NCBI GenBank assembly: GCA_025999275.1
Contig: AP024680.1
Location: 419,578 to 483,577 of the forward strand
Reading direction: 5' to 3'
DNA length: 64,000 bases
Source of the DNA: Patescibacteria group bacterium
GTDB lineage: Bacteria; Patescibacteriota; Microgenomatia; UBA8517
Shown: positions 1 through 9,517 of the stretch, one piece after another
How the letters are laid out: every line of letters begins with the position of its first letter
Position numbering within the stretch: the stretch's first letter is position 1
Position numbers and translations under genes: made by a program
Notes under the pieces: model-generated
What the model saw: the letters and a program-made list of their open reading frames with translations, nothing else
Told to the model about the DNA's origin: nothing
Databases searched by the model: none

Positions 1-1001
1 ACAGTACAGTTCCGGTTTTTGTTTTTGCCTCTCGAACAGCTATGCCTGAAACTTTAATATCTTTTTGTTTTACTCTCCTTGTTTATTTGGTTTTACTTTT
101 TAGGGAGAATGGTTCTTTGTGGTTTCTCTTGCCGATTCCACTTTTGGTGGGTATTGCTGGTCTTTCAAAGCCTACAGGTTTTTTAATTGTTCTTTTTGCT
201 GTATTCTTTATTTTTTGGAGCTTTTATCAAAGAAAAGATATAAAGAAAGCTGTTTCTTATAGTTTATTAATATTTTTTTTAACACTGCCTTTTGTGTCTT
301 TTTATTTTTGGTGGGGATACCATTTTGATTGGGATATCTTTTTGCAAATAAATTCTATTCAATCATCTCGTCCTGTTGGTTTTGGAAGTCTTGCTTGGTT
401 TTTTATAACCCCTTCTTATGATACTGTTATTCTTCGTGATAGTTGGTTTGTTTTTGCCTTGTTGTCAGTAGCGTTTTTTATTTTTAAGGGGGTTAAAGGG
501 GATAGATTCGTGGTTTTAATGGCTTTTGTTTTTTGGGTTTTGGTTGTTATGATTTCTGGTGGAGAAAATGATTTGTTGGCTTGGTACCGTTTTCCATCTT
601 ATCCATTTTTATCAATTATTCTATCTTGGGGTTTGGTTTATTTAGTTAAGAAAGCTAATTTCTTTACCATGTTTTTGGCAGCTGGATTGCTATTGGGTAA
701 TCGTATGCTTTTAGTTAATCCTTTCCATCCAAATATAAATCCATCAAGCTATAGAATATTAATCTTTATTTTTATGGTTTTTCCATTGCTTTATATTGTT
801 TTTAAAAAATCTTATTTTAAGAAAATTACCAGGTTTTTGATTTTAGCGATCATCTTAGTTGGCTTTTTCTTTAATGTTAAATATATTTACAACTCTTTTG
901 AACTTGCTTGCCAAAGCAGGTCTTGTGTAATAGTTGGTTCAAACTGGCTTTCTGAATTAAGAATTCCATTTTTTTGGAGGTTTTTGATAATGAATAGGTA
1001 G
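1..1001 (+). CDS. polytopic membrane protein, 5'-partial (reading frame open to window edge)
   Basis: Frame of ORF 42..1001 has no stop back to nt 3; multiple hydrophobic helices; likely C-terminal part of an upstream GT-C-like membrane protein. Confidence 0.45.
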   Translation, partial: STVPVFVFASRTAMPETLISFCFTLLVYLVLLFRENGSLWFLLPIPLLVGIAGLSKPTGFLIVLFAVFFIFWSFYQRKDIKKAVSYSLLIFFLTLPFVSFYFWWGYHFDWDIFLQINSIQSSRPVGFGSLAWFFITPSYDTVILRDSWFVFALLSVAFFIFKGVKGDRFVVLMAFVFWVLVVMISGGENDLLAWYRFPSYPFLSIILSWGLVYLVKKANFFTMFLAAGLLLGNRMLLVNPFHPNINPSSYRILIFIFMVFPLLYIVFKKSYFKKITRFLILAIILVGFFFNVKYIYNSFELACQSRSCVIVGSNWLSELRIPFFWRFLIMNR

Positions 1002-1007
1002 TAATCT

Positions 1008-2660
1008 ATGAAGATTAAATTAAATTATGAGAGCTTTTTAATAATTTTGTTTTTATTTTTCTCTTCTTTAATTACTCTAAAAAATATATTTCACCCAGGT
1101 ATTTATACGGCTCATGATATTTGGCATAACCTAGCTCGTCTAAATTATTATTTTCAATTTTTGAAAGATGGGCAGGTACCTCCTTATTTTGGTTCTAATC
1201 TCGCTTATGGTTTTGGTTATCCTTTATTTTTGTTTTCCTATCATTTGCCTTGGATTTTTGGGTCTTTTTTGATGTGGCTTGGTTTTGGTGATGTTAACAC
1301 GATTAAGTTTTTGTTTTTGTTTAGTTTTTTTCTTTCTTGCGTTTCGATGTATTATTTGGCTTTTGAGATATCGAAGAATAAATTTATTTCTTTAGTTTCT
1401 TCAATCTTGTATCTATGGGCTCCTTATAGGTTTTTTATTATCTATGTTTCAGCTGCTGTTGGCATATCTTTTACTTTTATTTTTGTGCCTCTTTTGTTTT
1501 TAGGATTAATTAAGATTTATAAGTCAGAATTTACAAAAGGATTAATTTGGATGACTGTAGGTTTAACTGGTTTAATATTGTCTCATTTTCCAACGTTGGT
1601 GGTTTTTTTGCCTTTGTTTTTACTTTTGTCTGTTTATTTCTTTTTTATGTCTTCCAAAAAAGGGCTTTTTATCAAGTTTTTATTTCTTTCTTTTGTTCTT
1701 TCTTTAGGCATATCTTCTTTTTATTTTATTCCGGCGTTTTATTATAAGGGTCTTGTTTTGGGTTTACCATCCGTTTTTCATATGGGTTTTGTAACCTTGA
1801 GACAATTAATTTATTCCAAGTGGGGCTTTGGAATTATTGTTAATTCGGCTTCAGAAAACCCGTTTTCTTTTCAGATTGGAATATCTCAGTGGTTAATATT
1901 TTTGGTTAGTTTTTTGTTTGTTTTTTTAAACAGGGGCAAATCTAAGAATTTTCCTTTAATTTTAATTTTGATTTTCATTTTTTGTTTTAATGTTTTTCTT
2001 TCAACGTCTTTATCAAAAGCTCTGTGGAGTTCTTTTATCTCAAAAACTGGTCTTGATTTTCCTTTTCGGTTTATTTATCCCAACGTCTTTATCTCAAGTC
2101 TTTTGTTTGTTTATTTAATTAGAGAGATAAAAAATGATTTTATTTACTATTTTTTCTCATTTTTGCTTTTATTTATCGCGTTTTATACCAACCGTAACCA
2201 TATTCGTCCGAATATGTTTTTATCTGAAAATGAGTTTCGTCAGTTTGTTAATTCTGAGGTAACGACCAGTACTTATGGCGAATATTTTCCCTCTTTTGTT
2301 GATTTGTCTTTGGCAAATTACAATTTTAGGGAGATGATTATGAAACAAAACAATCTTTCTTTGGTTTATGAAAACAGCACAAAAAGTGTTTATAAAGTGT
2401 CTTTAGATAATGATGGGGAGGTCGTGTTGCCAAAATATGCTTACTCCTTTATTTCTTTGTATATAAATGGCGTCCCTCATGGCTTTATGATGGGGGAGGG
2501 TGGTTTGATAACATTATCTGTTAATAGAGGTTTGCAGGAGATAGAGGTTGTTTTTAACAAGAGTTTTATAATGAAGTTATCTTTTTATATAACAGTTCTT
2601 AGCTTGTTTGTTTTTTTATTAATTCTTTGGAAGAATATAAAAAGAAATTATGAAATATAG
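1008..2660 (+). CDS. polytopic membrane protein with extracytoplasmic C-terminal domain and terminal TM helix (YfhO-like architecture)
   Basis: approximately 12 TM helices then soluble stretch '...VVLPKYAYSFISLYINGVPHG...' then final TM helix; same topology as the YfhO at 12686-14974. Confidence 0.4.
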   Translation: MKIKLNYESFLIILFLFFSSLITLKNIFHPGIYTAHDIWHNLARLNYYFQFLKDGQVPPYFGSNLAYGFGYPLFLFSYHLPWIFGSFLMWLGFGDVNTIKFLFLFSFFLSCVSMYYLAFEISKNKFISLVSSILYLWAPYRFFIIYVSAAVGISFTFIFVPLLFLGLIKIYKSEFTKGLIWMTVGLTGLILSHFPTLVVFLPLFLLLSVYFFFMSSKKGLFIKFLFLSFVLSLGISSFYFIPAFYYKGLVLGLPSVFHMGFVTLRQLIYSKWGFGIIVNSASENPFSFQIGISQWLIFLVSFLFVFLNRGKSKNFPLILILIFIFCFNVFLSTSLSKALWSSFISKTGLDFPFRFIYPNVFISSLLFVYLIREIKNDFIYYFFSFLLLFIAFYTNRNHIRPNMFLSENEFRQFVNSEVTTSTYGEYFPSFVDLSLANYNFREMIMKQNNLSLVYENSTKSVYKVSLDNDGEVVLPKYAYSFISLYINGVPHGFMMGEGGLITLSVNRGLQEIEVVFNKSFIMKLSFYITVLSLFVFLLILWKNIKRNYEI

Positions 2661-4290
2661 AATAACTCTTATTTTAATTATTATAATTTCCTTTTTTCTA
2701 AGATTTTATAAAGTCACAGAGGTTCCTCCTTCTTTAAATTGGGATGAGGTTTCAATAGGTTATAATGCCTATTCTATTCTAAAGACTGGCAAAGATGAGT
2801 GGAATGAGTTCCTACCCTTACATTTCAAGTCCTATGGAGAGTATAAACTTCCTGCTCAAATTTATTTTTCTATTCCAGCAATTGCCATTTTTGGTCTGAA
2901 TGATTTTTCTGTGAGAATTACACCTGTAGTTTATGGGACATTAACCATTATTTTTCTCTATTTTCTTGCTCTGGAGGTATCAAAATCAAAGGCCATAGCC
3001 CTAATTAGTTCGTTCTTTTTGGCTGTTTCTCCTTGGCATATTCAACTGACTCGTGCTTCTTTTGAATCGTCTTTTGCATTGATGTGGGTTATTTTGGGTA
3101 TGATTTATTTAGTTAAAGGATTTAAAAAAAGAAAATTTTTTATTTTTTCAGCTTTGTTTTTTGCCCTTTCAATGTATACCTACAACTCTGCTCGTGGTTT
3201 TGTTCCTATCTTTATCTTAACTCTAATTCCCTTTTATCTTAGAGATTTTTTGAGGGAAAAGAGAGCAAGTCTTTTTTCAGGTTTTTTGTTTTTGATATTA
3301 ATTTTACCGATTTTTAATTTCTTGTTATTTGGGGAAGGAGAGGCTCGTTATAAATTGGTCAGTGTTACTGATGAAGCAGGGCTTATTCCAAGAATTGAGG
3401 AGAAAAGAAATTTTTCTAATCTACCCCCATTTTTAAAAAGACTTTTTTATAACAGGTACACTTTTATAAGTTATTATATTGCCAGGAATTATTTAGCCCA
3501 TTTTACACCGGATTTTCTTTTTATTAATGGAGCTGGACACAAACAACACCATCCTCAGGGTATAGGGCAGTTGTATTGGATTCAGGCACCATTCTTGCTT
3601 TTGGGATTTTACCTTTTGTTTAAGAATAAAAACAAATATAGATGGATTTTAATTTTATGGCTTTTAACCGCTTTTATACCAGTTTCACTAACCCGCGATA
3701 GCATACCTCATGCTTTGAGAACTTTAAACGCCGCTCCGGTTTATCAAATAGTAACTGCTATAGGTATTTACTATTCTTTTTTTTATTTGTTTAAAAAAGA
3801 TCTTACTACTTACTACTTTCTACTTGCTACTATTGTTTTTGTTTTTCTTTACCAATTTATCAAATATCAGATTTATTTTTATAAACAGTATCCAGTTTTA
3901 TATTCTCGGGATTGGCAGTATGGTAATAAGGAGGCAGTTTATTTTATTAAAGAGCACTATCATGATTATGATTTAATTGTTTTTACTCGTGAGTATGGGG
4001 AGCCTCATATGTTTACATTGTTTTATCTAAATTATCCGCCTGAAAAGTTTCAAAATGATAAAAACTTGGTTCGTTTTGAGACTTTTGATTGGGTTAGGGT
4101 TTTGAGATTTGATAAGTTTTATTTTCCTGATCTTGGAGATGAAGGAACAAAGGTTGAGTATATAAGAAAAGAATTTCCAAATAAGAAGATCTTATTTATA
4201 GCAACTCCTAGTGAGACCCCTTCTGGCCAGGAGATTTTATATAGTATTGATTTCCTTAATGGCAGTCGTGCTTTTAATATTTTCGAATGA
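2650..4290 (+). CDS. GT-C fold membrane glycosyltransferase, PMT/ArnT (GT39/GT83, PMT_2)-like, paralog 1 of tandem array
   Basis: N-terminal 'RFYKVTEVPPSLNWDEVSIGYNAYSILKTGKDEWNEFLPLHF' acidic DE loop motif typical of PMT/ArnT GT-C enzymes; approx 10 TM helices; C-terminal soluble domain with 'WQYG' motif; 11-nt overlap with upstream gene. Confidence 0.75.
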   Translation: MKYRITLILIIIISFFLRFYKVTEVPPSLNWDEVSIGYNAYSILKTGKDEWNEFLPLHFKSYGEYKLPAQIYFSIPAIAIFGLNDFSVRITPVVYGTLTIIFLYFLALEVSKSKAIALISSFFLAVSPWHIQLTRASFESSFALMWVILGMIYLVKGFKKRKFFIFSALFFALSMYTYNSARGFVPIFILTLIPFYLRDFLREKRASLFSGFLFLILILPIFNFLLFGEGEARYKLVSVTDEAGLIPRIEEKRNFSNLPPFLKRLFYNRYTFISYYIARNYLAHFTPDFLFINGAGHKQHHPQGIGQLYWIQAPFLLLGFYLLFKNKNKYRWILILWLLTAFIPVSLTRDSIPHALRTLNAAPVYQIVTAIGIYYSFFYLFKKDLTTYYFLLATIVFVFLYQFIKYQIYFYKQYPVLYSRDWQYGNKEAVYFIKEHYHDYDLIVFTREYGEPHMFTLFYLNYPPEKFQNDKNLVRFETFDWVRVLRFDKFYFPDLGDEGTKVEYIRKEFPNKKILFIATPSETPSGQEILYSIDFLNGSRAFNIFE

Positions 4291-5849
4291 AAAACAAGTT
4301 TCTTTTTTTATTTCTGATTTCAATTTTTGTTTTTAGCAGGCTTTATAAAATTAGTCAGATCCCATCATCTGTCTATTGGGACGAAGCCTCGATTGGTTAT
4401 AATGCATACTCGATTTTAAAAACAGGTAGGGATGAATGGGGTGAATTTATGCCACTTCATTTTAGAGCATTTGGTGAGTTTAAACTTCCTGTTTATATTT
4501 ATTCAACTGTTCCTTTTGTCCATTTTTTCGGCTTAAATGAGGTTTCAGTTCGAATGCCTTCCTTTTTTTATTCCCTTTTTAGTTTATTAATTATTTTTGC
4601 TTTGGTTAAAACAGTTTTTGAAAGTGAATCTTTGGCTTTTTTGTCTGCTTTTCTTTTTACTGTTTTACCTTGGGATTTTATTTTTTCAAGAACTGGTTAT
4701 GAAGCATCTTGTGGTCTTTTCTTTTTTCTTCTCTCGCTTTTGATTTGGTTTTTATTCAAACCTTTTGATCTTAAAATCAAAAGATCTTTTGGAAAAAAGA
4801 TTTTATTTCTGCTTGTTTATTTATTTTCTTTAATTTTTTCTATATATTCATATAACTCTTTTCGTTTTTGGTCGCCTTTGTCTTTTGTTTTCCTTCTAAC
4901 TGCCAGTTTAATTAAACAAATTGGAAATATTAAGTATAAATTGATTTTCTCTTTAATATCTTTTCTTATAATATCTTTTTCTTTTTATCCTATTTATCGC
5001 CTTTACAAATTTGATTATGGTTCAAGCAGGTTCCAGGCCGTTTCTCTTCAAGGGAATTTTAAAGAAAAAACTTATTCTTTTGTCAAAAACTATCTTTCTC
5101 ATTTTTCTTTTGATTTTTTGTTCTTAAATGGTGATTCTAATTTACGAAGCCAAATGCCTGGCTTTGGAGAGATTTATGTTTTGAGTTTGCCATTTATTGT
5201 TTTGGGCTTTTTGTATTTATTAAGAAGAAAAGACGAATTTTCTTCGATTATTATTTTTTTGCTTTTGATTTCACCCATTCCAGCAAGCCTGACTAAAGAA
5301 TCACCGCATTCACTAAGATCAATTCTTTTAGCTTTTGTCTTTCCGGTTTTGATTTCTCTTGGAATTTATAGTTTTATTTCTGTCTTTGGTAGACAGAAAA
5401 AATTTGTTTTATCAATTATAGTCTTTTCTTATCTTTTGTTCTTTGGCTTTTATTACAGCAGTTTTATCAGAAATTATAACAATATTTCTTCTTCAGAGTG
5501 GCAATATTTGTATAAGGAGGTTTTTGTAAATAGGCGAGAAGTTGTTGAAAGAGCCAATAAAGTGATAGTTTCTGATTCTTATGGGCAGCCTTATATTTTT
5601 GCTCTTTTCTATAATGAATTTAGTCCTGAGGAATTTAGAAAGACTGTAAGATATAACTCTCCTGACAAATGGGGTTTTTCAACAGTTTATTCTTTTGATA
5701 AATTTGTATTTAAGAAAGTGGATTATCAAGATTTAGAAAAGGGTTCTATTATTTTTTCTGATGAAGAGATATTGGGAAAAGATAACAGCTTAATTGATAA
5801 GATTGTTAGTAGAGATGGAAAAGATTTGCTTTTTGTATATAAAATTTGA
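4287..5849 (+). CDS. GT-C fold membrane glycosyltransferase, PMT/ArnT-like, paralog 2
   Basis: 'RLYKISQIPSSVYWDEASIGYNAYSILKTGRDEWGEFMPLHF'; ATGA start/stop overlap with paralog 1; C-terminal 'SSEWQYLYKE'. Confidence 0.75.
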   Translation: MKNKFLFLFLISIFVFSRLYKISQIPSSVYWDEASIGYNAYSILKTGRDEWGEFMPLHFRAFGEFKLPVYIYSTVPFVHFFGLNEVSVRMPSFFYSLFSLLIIFALVKTVFESESLAFLSAFLFTVLPWDFIFSRTGYEASCGLFFFLLSLLIWFLFKPFDLKIKRSFGKKILFLLVYLFSLIFSIYSYNSFRFWSPLSFVFLLTASLIKQIGNIKYKLIFSLISFLIISFSFYPIYRLYKFDYGSSRFQAVSLQGNFKEKTYSFVKNYLSHFSFDFLFLNGDSNLRSQMPGFGEIYVLSLPFIVLGFLYLLRRKDEFSSIIIFLLLISPIPASLTKESPHSLRSILLAFVFPVLISLGIYSFISVFGRQKKFVLSIIVFSYLLFFGFYYSSFIRNYNNISSSEWQYLYKEVFVNRREVVERANKVIVSDSYGQPYIFALFYNEFSPEEFRKTVRYNSPDKWGFSTVYSFDKFVFKKVDYQDLEKGSIIFSDEEILGKDNSLIDKIVSRDGKDLLFVYKI

Positions 5850-7450
5850 TTATGAATAGATTAGCTTCTTTTTTGTTTTTGATAATTTTGTTGCTGGGGG
5901 CTTTTTTAAGATTTTATAAACTCGATTCTATTCCACCTTCTCTTAATTGGGATGAAACTGCAGCTGCTTACAATGCTTATACGATCAAAAACTGGGCAAA
6001 GGACGAGTGGGGTAAAACTTTACCTTTAGTGTTTACTTCTTTTCGCGATGATAAAAGACCTATTCATATTTATATAACTTCTATGTTTTTTAATTTATTT
6101 GGAGCTACTGATTTTTCTGCTCGCTTTCCATCTGCTCTTATTGGTTTCTTGATGATTCCTTTGTTTTTTTTATTCGGCAAGCTTTATTTTGGTAGTGATT
6201 TGGCAGGGCTTTTTTCTGCATTTGCTATTGCTTTTTCAAGTTATGATATTCATTATTCCAGGGGGTTGTGGGAAGCTCATTTTGCACTTTTCTTTTTTGT
6301 TTTGGGTTTAGTGTTGTTTAGGGCGGGTTTGACTAGGAAAGGAAGGGAAGCGCTTGTTCCGTTGGCTTATTTCTCTTTTGGATTGTCTCTTTTTTCTTAT
6401 CATTCAGCTTTGGTTGTTGTTCCACCAATGGTTTTTATTCTAACTTTATTTTTTCTTAAGGATCTTTTGAAGATACTCAATTCTTTTTCGTTTGGCATGT
6501 TTATTTTTATCTTTTTTATAAGTCTGCTTTTTTTTGAACCAAGGCTTTTGGGAATAGCAAGGATTAATCAAAATAAGTTGCCTAAAGAAACTGTAGAAAA
6601 GACTTATATTTTCCAAAAAACAGGTAACCATCTTTTGGGACAACTTGAGATTATGATCCCTAAGTACAAGGATTATTTTTCTTATCAATATCTTTTTGAG
6701 GAAGGGAATAAATCACCCCGAGCAAGTATGAATTATGGGGGGAAGTTTTCAAAAACAGTATTTTTTTTGGCAATAATTGGATTAATTTTCCTGATTGCAA
6801 AGGGTAACTTTAAAATTTTTCTTTTAATTCTTTTTTGGTTTTTATTAGCGCCGTTGCCAGCAGTATTTTCAAGTGGAGAGCCACATGCTACAAGAGCAAT
6901 TTTTATGCTTGGTCCTCCTCAAATTTTGGCTGGGTTTGGTTTTTTTAAGATCTGGCAATTTTTGAGAGCTAGTTCCCTGAGGTTTGTTCTTGTTTTGTTG
7001 ATATTGGTGTTTTTTGCCAAAGATAGAGCTCTTCAAATTTTAAATTACTTTGATCGTTATGATAAAGACTACCCTATAGAGTGGCAATATGGTATGAAGC
7101 ATGTGGTTGATATTGTAAGAGACTCTAAATACAAGAAAGTTTATGTAGATATAGTTCGCCAGCAACCTTATATTTTCTTTCTTTGGTATAACAAAGTGCC
7201 TTTGCCTGAGTTTTTGTCGACTGTAAAGTATGATTATTCTTCTTCCTCCAGTTTTAACACGGTTTTTTCTTTTGATAAATATCAATTTGGCGGTTGGGAT
7301 TGGGTAGAGAGTGCTCCTCTTGATAATGTAGCCTATGTTGTTGAACCCTATAAATATACCGGTTTAAGAAGAAGGACTGACTTTCTAAATGTTAACTTGG
7401 TAAAATATCCAAGTGGGGCAGAGGCTTTTTATGTTGTTTCAGTTTATTAA
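5846..7450 (+). CDS. GT-C fold membrane glycosyltransferase, PMT/ArnT-like, paralog 3
   Basis: 'RFYKLDSIPPSLNWDETAAAYNAYTI'; ATGA overlap with paralog 2; C-terminal 'PIEWQYGMKHV'. Confidence 0.75.
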   Translation: MIMNRLASFLFLIILLLGAFLRFYKLDSIPPSLNWDETAAAYNAYTIKNWAKDEWGKTLPLVFTSFRDDKRPIHIYITSMFFNLFGATDFSARFPSALIGFLMIPLFFLFGKLYFGSDLAGLFSAFAIAFSSYDIHYSRGLWEAHFALFFFVLGLVLFRAGLTRKGREALVPLAYFSFGLSLFSYHSALVVVPPMVFILTLFFLKDLLKILNSFSFGMFIFIFFISLLFFEPRLLGIARINQNKLPKETVEKTYIFQKTGNHLLGQLEIMIPKYKDYFSYQYLFEEGNKSPRASMNYGGKFSKTVFFLAIIGLIFLIAKGNFKIFLLILFWFLLAPLPAVFSSGEPHATRAIFMLGPPQILAGFGFFKIWQFLRASSLRFVLVLLILVFFAKDRALQILNYFDRYDKDYPIEWQYGMKHVVDIVRDSKYKKVYVDIVRQQPYIFFLWYNKVPLPEFLSTVKYDYSSSSSFNTVFSFDKYQFGGWDWVESAPLDNVAYVVEPYKYTGLRRRTDFLNVNLVKYPSGAEAFYVVSVY

Positions 7451-7456
7451 ATTTTT

Positions 7457-8317
7457 ATGAGCAAGCTTTCTGTAGTTTTGGCAACATATAACGAAGAGAA
7501 TAATTTAGGTAGATGCCTTGGTGCAGTTAAAGAAATTGCGGATGAGATAGTTGTTGTTGATGGTTCTTCGACTGATAAGACTGTTGAAATAGCTAAAAAA
7601 TATAAAGCTCGTGTTTTAGTTGTTGATAATCCGCCAATCTTTCATATTAATAAACAGAAAGCCCTTGATATGGCCAGATATCCCTGGATTCTGCAGCTTG
7701 ATGCTGATGAAGTTGTATCAAAAGAACTTGCAGAAGAGGTGAGAAAAATAATTAAGATGAGTGATGAGGAAATTGATAATTATCAAAAGAATCTTCCTGA
7801 AAGGGATCTTTTTTTGAGACACCAGTCTTTGCTTGAAAAAAGGGATGGTAAGTTTGGTAATAAAGGTGAGTATGCAGGCTTTTTTATTCCAAGAAGAAAT
7901 TATTTTTTGGGTAAATTCTTAAGGTTTGGTGGTGTTTATCCTGATGGGGTAATTAGATTGGTTAAGAAAGGCAAGGCGTATTTTCCTTGTAAAAGTGTTC
8001 ATGAACAGATTGTAATTGATGGTAGGGTTGGTTGGCTTGCTAATCCACTTTTGCATTATGACTCCCCAACTTTTAAAAGATATCTTGAAAGAAATTCTCG
8101 TTATATCGATTTAATAGTGAAGGATCTAAAGGATAAAAAAGTGGGTAAAAATTTATTTGAGTTTTTAAATTATTTTTTCTTTAAGCCTGTCTGGTGGTTT
8201 TTCTTAACACAAATAAGACACAAAGGAATTCTTGACGGTTGGCAGGGTGTTGTTTTTAGTTTCTTTTCAGCGCTTAGATTTCCAAGAGCTTATTTTAGGT
8301 ATCTTGCAAATAAATAG
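7457..8317 (+). CDS. glycosyltransferase family 2 (GT-A fold)
   Basis: 'LSVVLATYNEENNL...VVVDGSSTDKT...LQLDADEV' canonical GT2 N-terminal and DXD motifs. Confidence 0.85.
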   Translation: MSKLSVVLATYNEENNLGRCLGAVKEIADEIVVVDGSSTDKTVEIAKKYKARVLVVDNPPIFHINKQKALDMARYPWILQLDADEVVSKELAEEVRKIIKMSDEEIDNYQKNLPERDLFLRHQSLLEKRDGKFGNKGEYAGFFIPRRNYFLGKFLRFGGVYPDGVIRLVKKGKAYFPCKSVHEQIVIDGRVGWLANPLLHYDSPTFKRYLERNSRYIDLIVKDLKDKKVGKNLFEFLNYFFFKPVWWFFLTQIRHKGILDGWQGVVFSFFSALRFPRAYFRYLANK

Positions 8318-8326
8318 TTTATAGAT

Positions 8327-9517
8327 ATGATAAATCTTATTAAAAGAATTTCTATATCTGAATTGCTGGTGGTGGTTTTTTTATTTACACTGCATCTTTT
8401 TTTTGTTTTTTTTACTAAATCTAATCTTGGTTTTATAACACTTTTTCCTAAAAACCTTTTCCTCTTTCAGTTATTGGAGATAAGCTTTTCTAATCCCTCC
8501 TTTTTTATCTATATTGTTAGCTTTTTGAATTTTTTATTGATTTTTTGGTTGGCTAATATCTTTTTTGGTAAATCGGGCTTTTTATATCCCTTGATTGTTT
8601 ATTCATTTTCTCCTTGGATTTTTTATTCTGTTGCTTTTAATTCTCATTATGTTTTTTTGCTATTTATAGTTTTGCTTATTATAAGTGGAATTGTGTTTGT
8701 TGAAAAAGGAAAAAGAGGGGCTTTGTTCTTGCTTTTCTTTGCCATTTTTTTAGGTATGGTGAGCGATTTCTTTCTGTTTTTCCTAATTCCTGTTTTCTTT
8801 ATTTTGTATTTAATAATTTTTGGCAGTGAGTCTGTAAGAAAATTTATTTATCCCACAGTTTTCTCACTTTTTGTTTTATTTGTTTTCCTTTTTTTCTTCT
8901 TGTTTAAATTGAGACCCGGTTTTTTTGCAATTGCAGCCAATGAATTTGGAATTTTTGACGATCCTGGTTTTATGAATATGGTAAATACCTATAGGGGAGA
9001 ATCTTCACAAGAAGGTTTTGTTTTCCTGTCTCGTCTTGTTGAAAATAAGTATTTTCTCGGCCTTGAATTTTTAATTCTTAGGTTTCTAAGTTTTATAACA
9101 CCAGCTACTTATTTTACATCGCAAGAGAGGTTTTTTGGTTTTTCTTTCAGTCCACCTATCTTTATTGGTTTTCTGATTCCCTTTTTGTATGGTCTTTACA
9201 GACTTATTTCTGATAAAAAAGCTAGAAAATTTTTGTTTTTGAGTCTTATTTTAATTCTTCCTTCTTTTTTTTCTTCTTTATCAATCAACCTTTCTCGTTT
9301 GATTATTTTTTCTCCTATTATAATTTTTGCAATTTCTTATGGTTTTATTGGCTTATTAAATTTTAAGAAAAGTAAAGCACCAGTTGTCCTGGTTTGGATT
9401 AGTATTTTTCTTCTTATTTTTCAATTGTTTTTGACTGTTTATGATATTAAGTTAAAAGAAAAGGAGAGGTTTTTAAGGTACTATAACTTTGATAGCAGTT
9501 ATAAAATCAAAATATGA
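8327..9517 (+). CDS. polytopic integral membrane protein, function unknown
   Basis: 396 aa, almost entirely hydrophobic helices; embedded in glycosylation operon. Confidence 0.5.
   Translation: MINLIKRISISELLVVVFLFTLHLFFVFFTKSNLGFITLFPKNLFLFQLLEISFSNPSFFIYIVSFLNFLLIFWLANIFFGKSGFLYPLIVYSFSPWIFYSVAFNSHYVFLLFIVLLIISGIVFVEKGKRGALFLLFFAIFLGMVSDFFLFFLIPVFFILYLIIFGSESVRKFIYPTVFSLFVLFVFLFFFLFKLRPGFFAIAANEFGIFDDPGFMNMVNTYRGESSQEGFVFLSRLVENKYFLGLEFLILRFLSFITPATYFTSQERFFGFSFSPPIFIGFLIPFLYGLYRLISDKKARKFLFLSLILILPSFFSSLSINLSRLIIFSPIIIFAISYGFIGLLNFKKSKAPVVLVWISIFLLIFQLFLTVYDIKLKEKERFLRYYNFDSSYKIKI

Noticed and set aside
1547-1747. Short ORFs embedded in or antisense to long genes (e.g. 1547-1747, 6446-6688, 7040-7285, 10351-10551, 10703-10930, 12417-12608, 16504-16740, 16852-17058, 18107-18526, 19104-19349, 23475-23723, 29669-29944, 34253-34498, 52567-53535, 61697-62060)
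   Set aside because: All lie inside confidently assigned CDS on another frame or strand. They are low complexity (F/L/K/I-rich) as expected from AT-rich DNA, and none shows a recognisable motif.
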